64,000 nt of DNA, taken from contig NC_135806.1 of the NCBI RefSeq assembly GCF_964213995.1, forward strand, positions 139,748,001 to 139,812,000. Direction: 5' to 3'. Source of the DNA: Mustelus asterias. Taxonomy: Eukaryota. Both the position numbers and the translations under genes were made by a program. This document shows, one piece after another, positions 1 to 12,881 of this stretch. Each line of letters opens with the position of its first letter. Positions within the stretch are counted from its first letter, which is position 1. The notes beneath the pieces were generated by a model, which was not told the DNA's origin, searched no databases, and saw only the letters and a list, made by a program, of their open reading frames with translations.

Positions 1-99
1 CCTCGCTCCCTCCCACTCTCCCCTCCCTGCTCTCCCCATTCCCCTCTTCCCCTCCCTGCACTAACCCTCCGTGCTTTGGCCCCTCCCCCTGCTCCCCCC

Positions 100-299
100 N
101 NNNNNNNNNNNNNNNNNNNNNNNNNNNNNNNNNNNNNNNNNNNNNNNNNNNNNNNNNNNNNNNNNNNNNNNNNNNNNNNNNNNNNNNNNNNNNNNNNNNN
201 NNNNNNNNNNNNNNNNNNNNNNNNNNNNNNNNNNNNNNNNNNNNNNNNNNNNNNNNNNNNNNNNNNNNNNNNNNNNNNNNNNNNNNNNNNNNNNNNNNN
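100..299. other. Assembly gap (200 N)
   Basis: Run of N. It truncates the minus-strand V exon. Confidence 0.99.
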
Positions 300-343
300 C
301 ACAACATCCGCTACTGTCATTGACCAATCATTCAGAGAATGTT
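300..343 (-). CDS. Start of Ig V-domain exon of minus-strand Siglec-15-like receptor paralog (truncated by gap)
   Basis: Minus strand reads a (CT)n tract, then ccacag|AA CAT TCT CTG AAT GAT TGG TCA ATG ACA GTA GCG GAT GTT GTG = xHSLNDWSMTVADVV. This is homologous to the exon at 26844 (xLSLNDWSMTVADIM), including the upstream intron sequence. Confidence 0.85.
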
Positions 344-845
344 CTGTGGAGAGAGAGAGAGAGAGAGAATATTAAACCAGCGCAGGGACAGACATCAGTG
401 TTTCAATATCAAACTGCCAGTCTCAGCGGTGAGGTGGATTCTTCCAACACACCACGGGGGAAAGGTTACAATAGTTTATTCATGATTCGTATCGGGATTG
501 CCCCAGAGATTGCCCCACCTTCCTCTGATACAGCTCTAACACAGCATGCTAATCACAGGGAGAACATTCTAATGCAACTCTCTGCTCCAAGTCACAGATA
601 CAAATTGCTTATACAATTAGTCAGTACAACGAACATTTTTTGTTTTAAAATTTCAATCTTGCTTACAAAGGTGTATTATTAACCCTTCACCCAAAAGCGT
701 GTCCGCAGTTTTCTAACTGGTAAATGTCTGTTTCTCCTAACCAGTTTCTCCTCACCTTGCTGACAAGTTCTGCTGGTATCAGTTAGGACCTTGAGGTATA
801 AGCATTTGTCTAACATGTGATTTTACTCTAAATGTTTACTCTAAA

Positions 846-1112
846 TAGCTGTTCTGTCTGGAGACAATACACATCTCTTTAACCTGTGTTGAATGCTCCC
901 ACCACCCACATTGTCTGTACATTTAAGACCTGGCTGGCTGTAGAGATTTGCATTCTAATCAGTATTCTGTAATTTGATTTCTGTCTCTGTATGCCCTGTT
1001 TGAGAACAGATATCCACTCCATCTGACGAAGGAGCTGTGCTCCGAAAGCTTATGGTATTTGCTACCAAATAAACCTGTTGGACTTTAACCTGGTGTTGTG
1101 AGACTTCTTACT
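846..1112 (+). mobile_element. Penelope-like element 3'/pLTR fragment (single arm) in intron 1 of the minus-strand gene
   Basis: Near-identical to 31977-32244. Flanked by gattttactctaa (819-831 and 1113-1125). Confidence 0.85.
1019..1055 (+). ncRNA. Minimal hammerhead ribozyme (Penelope-associated)
   Basis: ccat CTGACGA a ggagc tgt gctcc GAAA gc TT atgg: conserved core, stem II GGAGC/GCTCC, stem I CCAU/AUGG. Confidence 0.75.
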
Positions 1113-1712
1113 GATTTTACTCTAATGCAGGGGTCTTACAACCATTCCCCTATACTAAACATGTTAATTTAACTCTTACACTCAATATACTGAGTCTGTC
1201 ATTGAGTGAACATAGGTCTTTCACAGTCAGATTTGAGATAGTTTGCAGACTGACATTGGGCAATATGGAGTGAGTTACAGGCTGGAATCCAATTGAAGGG
1301 TTTCAGAGTCCAATCTTGATGCAGCAACAGTGCAAACTTCCTCTTCAGAAACAATGTTGAAACTTTGGTGAAAATTGGAAAATCTCTCCCTCAAATGCTG
1401 TGGGGTCAATTGAGAATCTCAGAATTGAGATGGATTGTTTTCTGTTTGGTAAGGATATGAGAGATGTGGGACCAAGGCAAGTCAATGGAATTAGGATACT
1501 AATCAGCCTTGATCACATTGAATCTGAGCACAGGCTGGAGAGCCTGAATGTTTCATGTTCTTTGTACCTTGCTGGAAACCTGACAATCTTTCTCTACTCT
1601 GTTCCTCAAACTCTGCATTAGACATTCACCCACTCTCAACCCTACAGCGAAGTAGTAAAAAGGACAATTTAGGCAACAAGATAAATTTGATTAATTATTA
1701 AAAAGCACCTAC

Positions 1713-1773
1713 TGAGACCCCGTACTGAGACCGACAGCAAGACAGTGGAAAGCCAAACGTAAACAGAACCCAT
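1713..1773 (-). CDS. Signal-peptide (leader) exon of minus-strand receptor paralog
   Basis: ATG at 1773 gives MGSVYVWLSTVLLSVSVRGL+A|gtaggt. The phase-1 donor is compatible with the exon at 343. Homologous to 17983-18042, including the 5' flank. Confidence 0.8.
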
Positions 1774-2403
1774 CTCCAATTCTTCAGTGTTTTGTCTTTC
1801 TCACTCAGAGGTCCTTGTCTTTTGACACCAAAATACAGAAGTTGCTCAAAATGTTTCTTCACTTCTCGTGAAATCACCCAAAACTGATAAAAATCTCTCT
1901 AAATCTACTGTCTAACAGGAAGTCTGTTTAATTTTAGAAAAGTGTCAGAAAAACTCTGTCAGCAACTGTGGAGAGAGAAACAGTTTCAAGTCCTCTTCAG
2001 ATGTGTTTGGGAAACAGTAAGTCAGTTTATGTTGAGCAGAGAAAGCGAATAAAGTGTTGGTGACTAACACACCACGTCTATTTACGAAACGAAGGCACAA
2101 ACCACCGCATCAAGTGAGAATGGAAGATGCTGCATTAGCTTCCAATCTTGTTGTCAGAGTGGGATTAAATTGATCAGTGTGTAGAATGGGTGTAGAGTTT
2201 GCGTTACACGATTAACCCACACCCGAAGATTGTGCTGCACACAACAGGTAGAATTCACACTGTATGCACAGTTCCATGATTGTTATGTGTAGCCAGTGTA
2301 AACCAAGTTTATTGGCCATACCACATTGCCCCTTAGTGTCCCAAGATAGGTTAGTTGGATTAATGGGATAAATACGTGGGGTTATGGGTTAAGTCTGGGG
2401 TTG

Positions 2404-2713
2404 TGTGGTGGCACAGTGGCTAGCACTGCTGCCTCACAGCACCAGGGACCTGGGTTCGATTCCAGGCTTGGGTCACTGTCTGTGTGGAGTCTGCACATTC
2501 TCCCCGTGTCTGTGCTGGTTTCCTCCGGGTGCTCTGGTTTCCGCCCACAGTCCAAAAGACGTGCTGGTTAGGTGCATTGGCCATGCTAAATTCTCCCTCA
2601 GTGTACCTGAACAGGCCTTGGAGTGTGGCAACTAGGGGAATTTCACAGTAACTTCATTGCAGTGTTAATGTAAGCCTTACTTGTGACACGAATAAATAAA
2701 CTTTAAACTTTAA
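2404..2713 (+). mobile_element. V-SINE with alternative 3' tail, inserted in an HE1 remnant (~2313-2780)
   Basis: tRNA-like head, V-core gtctgtgtggag..gggtttcctccgggtgctc, and tail cacagtaacttcattgcagtgttaatgtaagcc..aataaataaa(ctttaaa)n. Confidence 0.75.
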
Positions 2714-2886
2714 AGACTTAGTGCAGATTCGATGAGCTGAATGGTCTCCTTCTGCACTGGAGGGATTCTATGATTCTATGAAAGCCACTTTCAACAGGGA
2801 GTAAAATGCTGGATTATGGTGCCAAACACAGTAAGGAGTCTAACAACACCAGGTTAAAGTCCAACAGGTTTATTTGGTAGCAAACG

Positions 2887-2923
2887 CCACTAGCTTTCAG
2901 AGCACTGCTCCTTCATCAGGTGA
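2887..2923 (-). ncRNA. Minimal hammerhead ribozyme
   Basis: Minus strand: tcac CTGATGA a ggagc agt gctct GAAA gc TA gtgg. Confidence 0.7.
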
Positions 2924-3250
2924 GTGGGAGATCTGCTAACAAACAGCAAACAGGGCATATAAAGTCACAAACTCAAGTTACAGAATAATGAATAATGATT
3001 GGAATGCGAGTCTTTACAGCTAATCAAGTCTTAAAGGTACAGACAATGTGAGTGGAGAGAGTATTAAGCACAGGTTAAAGACAATACACATCTCTTTAAC
3101 CTGTGCTTAATGCTCTCTCCACTCACCTTGTTTGTACCTTTAAGACTTGATTAGCTGTAAAGACTCGCATTCCAATCATTACTCATTATTCTGTAAATTG
3201 AGTTTGTGTCTTTATATGCCCTGTTTGCTGTTTGTTAGCAGACCTCCCAC

Positions 3251-3287
3251 TCACCTGACGAAGGAGCAGCGCTCCGAAAGCTAGTGG
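3251..3287 (+). ncRNA. Minimal hammerhead ribozyme
   Basis: tcac CTGACGA a ggagc agc gctcc GAAA gc TA gtgg. Confidence 0.75.
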
Positions 3288-3737
3288 CGTTTGCTACCAA
3301 ATAAACCTGTTGGACTTTAACCTGGTGTTGTTAGACTTCTTACTGTGTTTACCCCAGTCCAACGCCAGCATCTCCACATTATGGTGCCAAAGACAGAATG
3401 ATGGAGTTGAATGAGGGATATTTGTTGAATGGGGAAGTGCATCTGAAAATCGTTGATTTTTGGGACGAAGGGAGTGGGGAGATCAGCAATTGAGAATGCA
3501 GACTGTGGATGTTTTCCAATCCCACCAGTGTGAGCTGACCCCAGTCAATAAGGTAGCAATGTCCCACCTGCTCACAGCTGGGTTGTGTCTTTTCACCTGG
3601 GTCACCAGTAAGCTGGATTTTCGTTTTGAAGGTTAGAAACATACAGGGAAACTAGAAGCAGGAGTAGACCATTCAGCCCTTTGAGCCTGCTCTACCATTG
3701 ATTTTGAATATGGCTGATCAACAAATTCAATATCCTG

Positions 3738-4018
3738 ATTTTTTTTTATTCATTCATGGGACACGGGTGTCGCTGGCTGGCCAGCATTTATTACCCATGC
3801 CTAGTTGCCCGAGGGCAGTTGAGAGTCAATCACATTGCTGTGGCTCTGGAGTCACATGTGGGCCAGACCAGGTAAGGACGGCAGATTTCCTTCCCTAAAG
3901 GACATTAGTGAACCAGATGGGTTTTTCCGACAATCGACAATGGTTTCCTGGTCATCAGTAGATTCTTAATTCCAGATTTTTTTATTGAATTCAAATTCCA
4001 CCAAATGCTGTGGCGGAT
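3738..4018 (-). mobile_element. SINE of a second family (probably Meta-SINE type)
   Basis: Homologous to 8968-9313 and 12882-13185 (ggcagatttccttccctaaaggacattagtgaaccagatgg). Its tail is shared with LINE remnants at ~18083-18625 and ~61670-62053. Family name is from memory. Confidence 0.65.
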
Positions 4019-4029
4019 GGCCAGGGTTG

Positions 4030-5160
4030 TGCCCTTCCCTCATATCCCTTTAGCCCCAAGAGCTACATCTAATTTCTTAAAAGCACACAGCATGTGATTC
4101 AACACTTTCTGTGGTAGTGAATTCCACAGGTACACCACTCTGTGGGTGAAGAAATTTCTCCTCACCTCAGTCCTAAAAGGTTTACCCCTTATCCTTAAAC
4201 TATGAGCCCTAGTTTCTATAGGTATGTAAAGAGAAAAAGATTGACAAAAACAAATGTACAGTCAGAAAAGGGAGAATTCATAACGGAAAAAAGAAATGGT
4301 TGAGGAATTAAATTTATACTTTGCTTCAGTCTTCACAAAGGAAGACATGAATAATGTGCCAGAAGTTCTGAGAGAAATAAGTTTTAGTGAGGAGCTGAAG
4401 GAAATCAACATTAGTAGGGAAATGGTTTGGGGAAATTGATGGGATTGGAGGTGGGTAAATCTCCAGGTCCTGATAATCTTCATCCCAGAGTATTTAAGGA
4501 AGTGGCCCTGAAAGTAGTAGCTCCATTGGTGATTATTTTCCAAAATTCTTTGGACTCTGGACTTATTCCTGAAGATTGGAGGGTAGCTAATGTAAGCCCA
4601 AAGTAATTTCTCCTCATTTCTGTTTTAAATCTGCCACCCCTTATCCTAAAACTATGAATTCTTGTTCTAGATTGCCCCACAAGAGGAAACATTCTCTCCA
4701 GTCTACTTTGTCAATCCCCCTTATCACCTTGTACACCTTAATTAGATCTCCTCTCATTCTTCTAAACTCCAGGGAGTATAGGCCTAAACTTCCCAATCTC
4801 TCTTCAAAAGACAAACCTCTCAACTCTGGAATCAATCCAGTGAACCTCCTCTGAATTGCCTCCATTGCTACTATATCCCTCCTCAGGTAAGGGGACTAAA
4901 ACTGTACACAATATTCTAATTGCAGTCTCTTTGATACTTTGTACAGTAGCAGCAACACTTCACTATTTTTATATTCTATTCCTTTAGCAATAAATGGCAA
5001 GATTTATTTGCAATTTTCAGAAATGTTCCCCAGTCCATCATGGCCAATTCATGCCTCATACCATCATTGTTAACTTTATTGAGATTCAGGATCCTGGTCT
5101 CAGAATCAACTACCTTACTTTGGTAAAAATTTCTGTCATATTATGGTCACTCATCCCCAA
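4030..5160. mobile_element. Mosaic of degraded CR1 LINE fragments in both orientations
   Basis: Recognisable ORF2 pieces (QRRFT..GLYSLEFRRMRGDLI on minus; KSPGPD..HPRV on plus) with stops. Confidence 0.75.
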
Positions 5161-6659
5161 GGGTTCTCTCACTCCACTCCCTGAAGTGTCCCTCACAGGA
5201 CCCTGAGCCTCACGCTCCCTTTATCCTCCACTCTCAGAAGAATGTCTCTCACAAGTCCCCCGAGCCTCACGCTCCCTTTATCCTCCCCGAGCTTCATGCT
5301 CCCTTTATCCTCCCAGAAGAGTGTCTCGCAGGTCTGGTGCTCTCCACTCCCTGAAGGTAAGCGAGGGCCCCGAGTCTCATGCTCCTTTTATCCTCCCAGA
5401 AGAGTGTCCCTCGCAGGTTGGGTGTAATCTTGTGACCAGTTCCTTTTCTTTTAAACTGATGCAATTTCCAAAGTCCAAGCTACAATTCTGATGTAGAACT
5501 CAACTTGCGACAAAATGTAATAATACAAGTGGTTGCGGCTGAGCGATTGAAATGATGCCAAAAGGAAGTGGTACCTTAGTAAGCATAGACATGTTATTTT
5601 GAGCTGTTGGAGAACTAATTTCCAAGAAAAACTGTTAAATCCGTAGCAGGATTTATTGAAGTGTCATTGTGAGAAGTAAAACCTGGAAAGAAATCTTTGA
5701 TTAGTTGAGCTTGGTGACAAGCACAATAGTCTACATAATAATAATAAATGCAACAAGTAGAAGGATCATTAATGCTGAAATAGACAATAGCACCTCATTC
5801 GAGAGCTACTCCTGTCAACGAAAGACTTTGGTGATTTTCTCTTTCTTTGGAGCGTTAACTTTGTAGTTATGGCATAGTTGTCACACTAGTTGGGCTGATT
5901 GTGGAGTTTTTTTTGGGATACCAGTTTCTGAGTTATTGCTAAATCCTGTTTCGAGCTGGAGGAGCCAGTGATGCTGTTGTCAGTAATTGGATCAGTTGTT
6001 TATTGTCTTGGAAGATAATGTACGACTGCACTTTTATTGTTCCTCCCATTCTTGTATCCTTCAGGACAGAGCTACAGAGACAGTTTTAAGAGTTTGTTTG
6101 GTATCTGGCTGATTAGCAAATGTACTTGCGGTTCTTTTATTAATAACTGAATGGATTTCTTCCACTTAGATCTTAAACCGGGCATGTCTTTGAACCTCCT
6201 TGTTCAACCCACTACCTGGCTAAGAGTTGCAGGGCTCTGTTGGCTAGCTGCTTTGCCTATTTATCCCTGTTATCCTCTGATCAACCTTTTGAATTTCATC
6301 TGTTGTTTCTTGTTTTAAATTTAACTGTTGCTGTTGGGTCACGGAGTCAGAAAGTGTAGGGGCAGTAAAAGAATTATGGGCAAGTGTTTCTACCCCATAT
6401 ATCAGATAACATGGAGTTCTGGGGAACACTGTCTCTGATATAGATGAGGGACATTGTTAAGTGATGGCTGCACTCTCTGTATGGTGGTGGTCCGTTTGTT
6501 TCCCTGATTCTCAGCAGCAAGGCCAATTGCTTTCTTACCTCCTGGTTTTTATGTTCCACCAGTCCTGCTGATTGGGGATGATGTGGTGTGCTGTGGTCTA
6601 ACCCAATCCCCCTTTTTTCATATTAATCTTGAAAAACCTGAGAAGCCTGGGCTCTGCCT

Positions 6660-8085
6660 TGATTGGAGTGTAGTATCTTGGATGCACCATCCAAGGAGGC
6701 ACATGACATGCATAGGCAGCTGGGATCAAGCGGATCCCTTGAAGAGTATAGACAGTGTAGGACTGGAGTTAAGAGAGAAATCAGGAAGGCAAAAAGGGGA
6801 CACAAAATTGTTTTGGCAGATAAAGTAAAGGAGAATCCAAATTCTACAAATACATAAGAACATAAGAAATAGGAGCAGGAGTAGGCCATCCAGCCCCTCG
6901 AGCCTGCCCCGCCATTCAATAAGATCATGGCTGATCTGACGTGGATCAGTACCACTTACCCGCCTGATCCCCATAACCCTTAATTCCCTTACCGATCAGG
7001 AATCCATCCATCCGCGCTTTAAACATATTCAGCGAGGTAGCCTCCACCACCTCAGTGGGCAGAGAATTCCAGAGATTCACCACCCTCTGGGAGAAGAAGT
7101 TCCTCCTCAACTCTGTCTTAAACCGACCCCCCTTTATTTTGAGGCTGTGTCCTCTTTTGCCCATAAAGGGCAAAAGAATAACTAGGGAGAGAGTAGAGCC
7201 TCTTAAGGATCAACAAGGTCATCTATGTGTGGATCCACAAGAGATGGGTGAGATCCTAAATGAATATTTCTCATCAGTATTCACTGTTGAGAAAAGCATG
7301 GATGTTAGGGAACTTGGGGAAATACATAGTGATGTCTTGAGCAGTGTACATATAACAGAGAAGGAGGTGCTGGAAGTCTTAAAGGGCATCAAGGTAGATA
7401 AATCCCCAGGATCTGATGAGGTGTATCCCATGACATTATGGGAGGCTAGGGAGGAAATTGCGGGTCCCCTAGCAGAGATATTTGAATCATCGATAGTCAC
7501 AGGTGAGGTGCCTGAAAATTGGAGGGTGGCAATTGGAGGGTTGTTCCTTTGTTTAAGAAAGGCTGCAGGGAAAAGCCTGGGAACTACGGGCCGGTGAGCC
7601 TCACATCTGTGGTGGGTAAGTTGTTGGAAGGTATTTTGAGAGACAGGATCTACAGGCATTTAGAGAAGCAAGGACTGATTAGGGACAGTCAGCGTGGCTT
7701 TGTGAGTGGAAAATCATGTCTCACAAATTTGATTGAGTTTTTTGAAGGGGTAACCAAGAAGGTAGATGAGGGCAGTGCAGTTGATGTTGTCTACATGTAC
7801 TTCAGCAAGGCCTTTGACAAGGTACCATATGGTAGGTTGTTGCATAAGGTTAAATCTCATGGGATCCAGGGTGAGGTAGCCAAATGGATACAAAGTTGGC
7901 TTGATGGCAGAAGCCAGAGGGTGATTGTAGAGGGTTGTTTTTCAAACTGGAGGCCTGTGACCAGCGGTGTGCCTCAGGGATCAGTGCTGGGTCCACTGTT
8001 ATTTGTCATTTATATTAATGATTTGAATGAGAATTTAGTAGGCATGGTTAGTAAGTTTGCAGATGACACTAAGATTGGTGGCATA
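6660..8085 (+). mobile_element. CR1 LINE ORF2 fragment (RT region), interrupted at 6853-7155
   Basis: ORFs 7055..7597 and 7519..8136 with [30 protein letters not shown]. Confidence 0.9.
6853..7155 (-). mobile_element. Young 5'-truncated CR1 3' end
   Basis: Near-identical to ~53333-53636, with (cataagaa)n tail. Confidence 0.9.
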
Positions 8086-8597
8086 GGGCAATCGATGGGG
8101 GTGGTGGGTCCCGCTGCTACTCTGCATGGGGATTGATCTGGGATGGAGGGAGGCCAGTGATCGGGGCGGGCTGGGGGGTGGGGTGGTTTGCCAGAGGGGG
8201 GGCCTGCCTCCCGACATGGGTGTCGGCAGGTGAGGGGAGTGGAGGGATCAGCACTGCTGGGTGCGGGGGGTTGGACATCGGGGCGCTCCGGGGCAGAGTG
8301 GGTTGGGGCTGGCCCGGGAATTTTTGTGGGGGCCACAATCGGTCAGCACTGAGGGGGTCCCAGGCTGGCCAGGAAACGGGGAGTTTGACAGATCGGGACC
8401 ACTGCGCATGCGCAGAGTTTCAGAACTGTCAGACTCCGGCGTGAATAGGAAACCCCCTCGGTTTTTAATGAAATTCATGATTGGAACCTCTGCATTGCAC
8501 AGAGTGCGGAGATTCGAGTGTGGAGTTGAACTGAGAAAAAGGTCGTGATCTCGAACAGTTTTCCCACCAATTCAGCACTTTTGGGAGAATCGCCCCC
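8086..8597. mobile_element. GC-rich non-autonomous DNA-transposon-like fragment
   Basis: Ends ttttgggagaatcgcccc, complementary to the start gcgattctcccaaaa of the related element at ~27409. Confidence 0.45.
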
Positions 8598-8967
8598 AAC
8601 TGTGCAAAATGTAAATAAGTGTAATAGCAAAGGAATGAGGGCAGAATTGTCTGGAGTGGACGAGGAAAGGAGTTTAGCAGAAAAGGTGCTTGATCAGCAA
8701 TGGCAGACATTTATGAAAATAGCTCATGACTCACAACAGAGATCAATCCTAGTGAGGAAGCAGGATTCTAGATAGGGGATAAATCAACTGTGATTAACCA
8801 AGGAAGTTCAGATTAGTATTGAACTGAAAGAAAAAACATACAATGTGGCAAAGATCAGTGGTAAGCCAAAGGATTGGGAAAGTTTTAAAAAAACAACAAA
8901 AGATAACAAAACAAATAACAAGGGAGAAGAAAACCTGAGGGTAAACTAACAAGCGGCGGCACAGTGG

Positions 8968-9313
8968 TTTTTAAAAATCCAATCACTGGCTGGGCCAGTA
9001 CTTATTGCCCATCCCTGGTTGCCCTTGGAGGGCAGTTGAGAGTCAACCACATTGCTGTGGCTCTGGAGTTACAATTAGGCCAGACCAGGAAGGATGGCAG
9101 ATTTCCTTCCCTAAAGGACATTAGGGAACCAGATGGTTTTTTCTGACAATCAACAATAGTTTCATGGTCATCAGTAGATTTTTAGTTCCAGATATCTTTT
9201 ATTGAATACAAATTCCACCATCTGCTGTGGCGGGATTCAAACCCAGGTCCCCAGAACGTTAACTGAGTTTCTGAATTACCAGTCCAGCGATAATACCACT
9301 AGGCCATTGCCTC
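8968..9313 (-). mobile_element. SINE (same family as 3738-4018)
   Basis: Shared core plus tRNA-like B-box region gggattcaaaccc. Confidence 0.7.
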
Positions 9314-10015
9314 CAATTAGCACTTGATAAAAGAGTCACAGGACTGCCTTTAACTTTTAACAAAAGAATAAAAAGTTTAATTAACCAGAAAAGATTAACA
9401 ATAATGCACTGCTCCTGCACTCGCACTACACCTTCACAGATTCACACAGCTCTATATGGATTACACCAGTTATAAAATATCTTACACTCTAATGTTTTCA
9501 GTAAGTACACAGTCCATGTAAAACAATAGGTGAAATGAGGTCAGACATACCACTCGCTGAAACCAAATGTCAGGTGCCAACCTAAGTAACTTCTATGGAT
9601 TTCTCATCAAATCCCACCTCCCAACTCCAAATGCTTGTCACACTGTGAGCCAACTGGTCTCACTGGAATTCTGACTTCCACAAGAGGGTTTCCAAATACC
9701 ATTCCCGAAGAACACACTTTGAAAACTTCTCCCACACAAGGCTTTCTTTCAGATGCCTTCACCAAGGATCCACCTCCAGGATTTCGATCTTTCCTTTCAG
9801 TATTCATCTGCTCTGGATTGCCATATGCATTCAAAGTTTCACGCAATCTTTCAGGTACCCAGCCACGTCAATAGTATTAAGGTGTCACCAACCTTGGGAT
9901 TACTTCGGATGTCTGGCTTCCCGCTAGCCAACTTCACCCCAGGTCTGCAGCTTTCAGCTCTGTCTTTAACTGGGAGCCTCTTTCTACCATTTTCTTTAAC
10001 TTCAGTAAGCAGGAT

Positions 10016-10321
10016 GGCATGGTGGCACAGTGGTTAGCACTGCTGCTTCACAGCTCCAGGGACCCAGGTTCAATTCCCCCCACGTCTGTGTGGGTTTCCT
10101 TTGGATGCTCTGGTTTTCTCCCATAGTTCAAAGATGTGCAGGTTAGGTGGTTTGGCCATGCTAAATTGCCCCATGGTGTCCCAAGATGGATTAGCCATGG
10201 GAAATGTGTTGGGTTATGGGGATGGGGGGCGCGGAGAGGGCCTAGGTAAGACACCCTGTCAGAGAGTCGGTGCAGACTTGATGGGCTGAATGGCCTCTTC
10301 TGCACTGTAGGGATTCTATGA
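10016..10321 (+). mobile_element. HE1-type V-SINE, internally deleted
   Basis: Head ggcatggtggcacagtggttagcactgctgc and CR1-type tail gggctgaatggcctc..attctatg. Confidence 0.8.
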
Positions 10322-11024
10322 GTATCATTTTCAGATTCCAGTTCTTTGTCCCTTTGATTTCATGGGACTTCTCTTCATGGGATTTCTCTTTTCATTCCCT
10401 GGTTTCGAGATCTATCTGTTCTTTAGCTTCTGGAACTTGCTTTCTGCCCCTTACTCCAGTTGCCTCTGTTAGCAGGTTCAGTGGGAACTGCTTTCTTCTC
10501 GGCTGTCTGGTTTCCAACTAAACCACAAGTGCTGTTGCTTTTCAGTGTGGGCTCCTAGTTGCTAAACAATAGCTTAATATTTTTGTACAAATGAAATGTG
10601 ACCCTGCTCTATACCAGAAAGTGCAGCTGAAGATCAAGAACCAGAATCCACCAGTGAAGCCACAGATAACCAGACAAAGACTGACAGGCCCGCAAACTAT
10701 CTAAGTGACACAGAGTTGGAGCAGACCTCTTGTCCTTCAAAACCATCTCTGTCACCATTCAGACCATCCATTGGGAGAATTATGAAAAAGCCACGGAATA
10801 CAGAGATAAGTATAAGACAAAGCAGACGGATCAAAACAGAGTGTGACAATGGTCCAGTTGAAAATGTGGATGTTGAGCAACTGAGGAAGATCAAAATCCT
10901 AAAGGTGGATCCTTGGTGAAGGCATCTGAAAGAAAGCCTTGTGTGGGAGATGTTTTCAAAGTGTGTTCTTTGGAAACCCGCTGAAAAGATACTAAAAAGG
11001 CTAGCAGCACTCCAGGTAGAGAAG

Positions 11025-11282
11025 TTGATTTGATTTGATTTGATTTATTATTGTCACGTGTATTAACATAGTGAAAAGTATTGTTTCTTGTGCTCTACAC
11101 AGCCAAAGCATACCATTCATAGAGAAGGAAACGAGAGAGTGCAGAATGTAGTGTTACAGTCATAGCTAGGGCGTAGAGAAAGATCAACTTAATGCAAGGT
11201 AGGTCCATTCAAAAGTCTGACAGTAGCAGGGAAGAAGCTGTTCTTGAGTCGGTTGTATGTGACCTCAGACTTTTGTATCATT
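11025..11282 (-). mobile_element. Rex1-type LINE 3' end
   Basis: (ttga/tttga)n tail and RLKNSFFP motif. Homologous to 45483-45750 and 63080-63316. Confidence 0.75.
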
Positions 11283-11428
11283 TTCCTAAATGGCTGAGGC
11301 CCCAGCACTGACCCTTGTAGCACCCACTCGTCACTGCCTGCCAACTTGAAAGTTCCCTGTTTATGTCCACTCTCTGTTTTCGATTCTTTAACCAATCCTC
11401 TATCCATGCTAATATATTACCCCCAGGT

Positions 11429-11760
11429 CATAGAAATCATAGGAACCCTACAGTGCAGAAAGAGGCCATTCGGCCCATCGAGTCTGCACCGACCACAATC
11501 CCACCCAGGCCCTACCCCCATATATTTTACCCGCTAATCTATGCATCCCAGGACACTTAAGGGGCAATTTTAGCATGGCCAATCAACCTAACCCGCACAT
11601 CTTTGGAGTGTGGGAGGAAACCAGAGTACCCGGAGGAAACCCACGCAGACACGAGGAGAATGTGCAAACTCCACACAGACATTGACCCAAGCCGGGAATC
11701 GAACCCAGGTCCCTGGAGCTGTGAAGCAGCAGTGCTAACCACTGTGCTACCGTGCCGCCC
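11429..11760 (-). mobile_element. HE1-type V-SINE inserted in an old CR1 fragment (~11290-12190)
   Basis: Complete head, core and tail. TSD cccaggtc. Confidence 0.9.
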
Positions 11761-12881
11761 AGGTCTATGAGCACTTATTAACCTTTTGTATAACGCCTAG
11801 TCAAAAGCCTTTTGGAAATCCAGATATACCACATCTACTGGTTCCTCTTTATGTACCTTATTAGTTATATGCTCAGAAATCTCCAGTAATTTGGTTAAGC
11901 TTAAATTCAATTTAGTAATACTATGTTGACTTGTTCTAATCATTCTTTAATAATACATTCCAGCATTTTCCCAACAAATGATATTAGGCTAACTTGCCTT
12001 AGTTCCCCATTTTCTCTTTTTTCCCTTTCTTGAAAAGTGGGGCAACATTTGTCAACTTCCAATCTGATGGGACTAGTCCCAAATCCAATGAATTCTGGAA
12101 AATTGCAGCCAGCATATCAACTATCCCTGCAGCTATCTTGTTTAGAACCCTAGGGGGTAGGCCACCAGGCCCTGGGGATTTGTCATATTTTAGCAGTTGA
12201 CTTCAGAGACAGAAAAGGATTCCTCCCTCTGCAGCTTCCAAACAGCAACTAACTTTGAATTCTCAGAGAAAGATCCACTCGCATAGCCACTGTACCGGGA
12301 ACCCACTGGCAAATTGTAGCCTGCTTCCACCACTGGAAAACCTGCTGCGGAGGGGCTGGAACATCTTTTTGTCATTCTTTACCATCAGGCCCCAGCATGC
12401 ACCCCCCCACCCCCCCCCCCTCCCCCTTCCCCCCCTACTCCCCACCCCCACCCCCTTCCCCTTTGCCAATTTGACCGTCTTTCTGAATGGTTGTGTATCC
12501 GGGAATTAGAAAGCTCCTGCCTGACCTCGCAGTGATACGGGTGCCAGGGTCTCACGAAAGGTGCAGGAGGGGAGACGGGAATTTCAGTAAGTGGTGCCAA
12601 AGGGCTGCAGTCTAGTGGGAGGCTGAAGCTGGAGAGAGTGCAGCAAGAGGATAACAGCTACCCCTGATTATGTGAAAGTGGGACTGGCGAGGAACAAACC
12701 ATTTTACTGTATTCATTTTTGAAAGTTCATTGTGGGGGTTTGGGGGCAGGAGGGGGGCAGTTCGCAAGGTGAGGGGGCGGCGGAGCACCTTCAGTCTCTG
12801 CCTGTCAGTGGTGTCACTGACTGCAGCAGCCTGCTGTGTCCTCACAACCTGACAGTCCAGGAAAGCTTAGGAAAGCTTCTT

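Larger units (their letters stand above)
2827..3379. mobile_element. Penelope hairpin insertion (two inverted pLTR arms)
   Basis: Arms are reverse complements centred near 3080. TSD tatggtgccaaa (2815-2826 and 3380-3391). Confidence 0.9.

Noticed and set aside
71-682. 203-aa ORF and neighbours at the window start
   Set aside because: Artefact of translating through 200 N.
1915-1923. ETS-like site ACAGGAAGT ~145 bp upstream of the minus-strand ATG
   Set aside because: A single short motif, not evidently conserved in the paralog.
1940-2002. Strong minus-strand splice acceptor (ctgtttctctctccacag) upstream of the leader exon
   Set aside because: It looks like a decayed repeat (CTGAAGA..GAAAC remnant). 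An upstream non-coding exon cannot be supported without transcripts.
5423-6620. Possible additional LTR or host exon
   Set aside because: No convincing TSD, ORF or splice structure found by eye.
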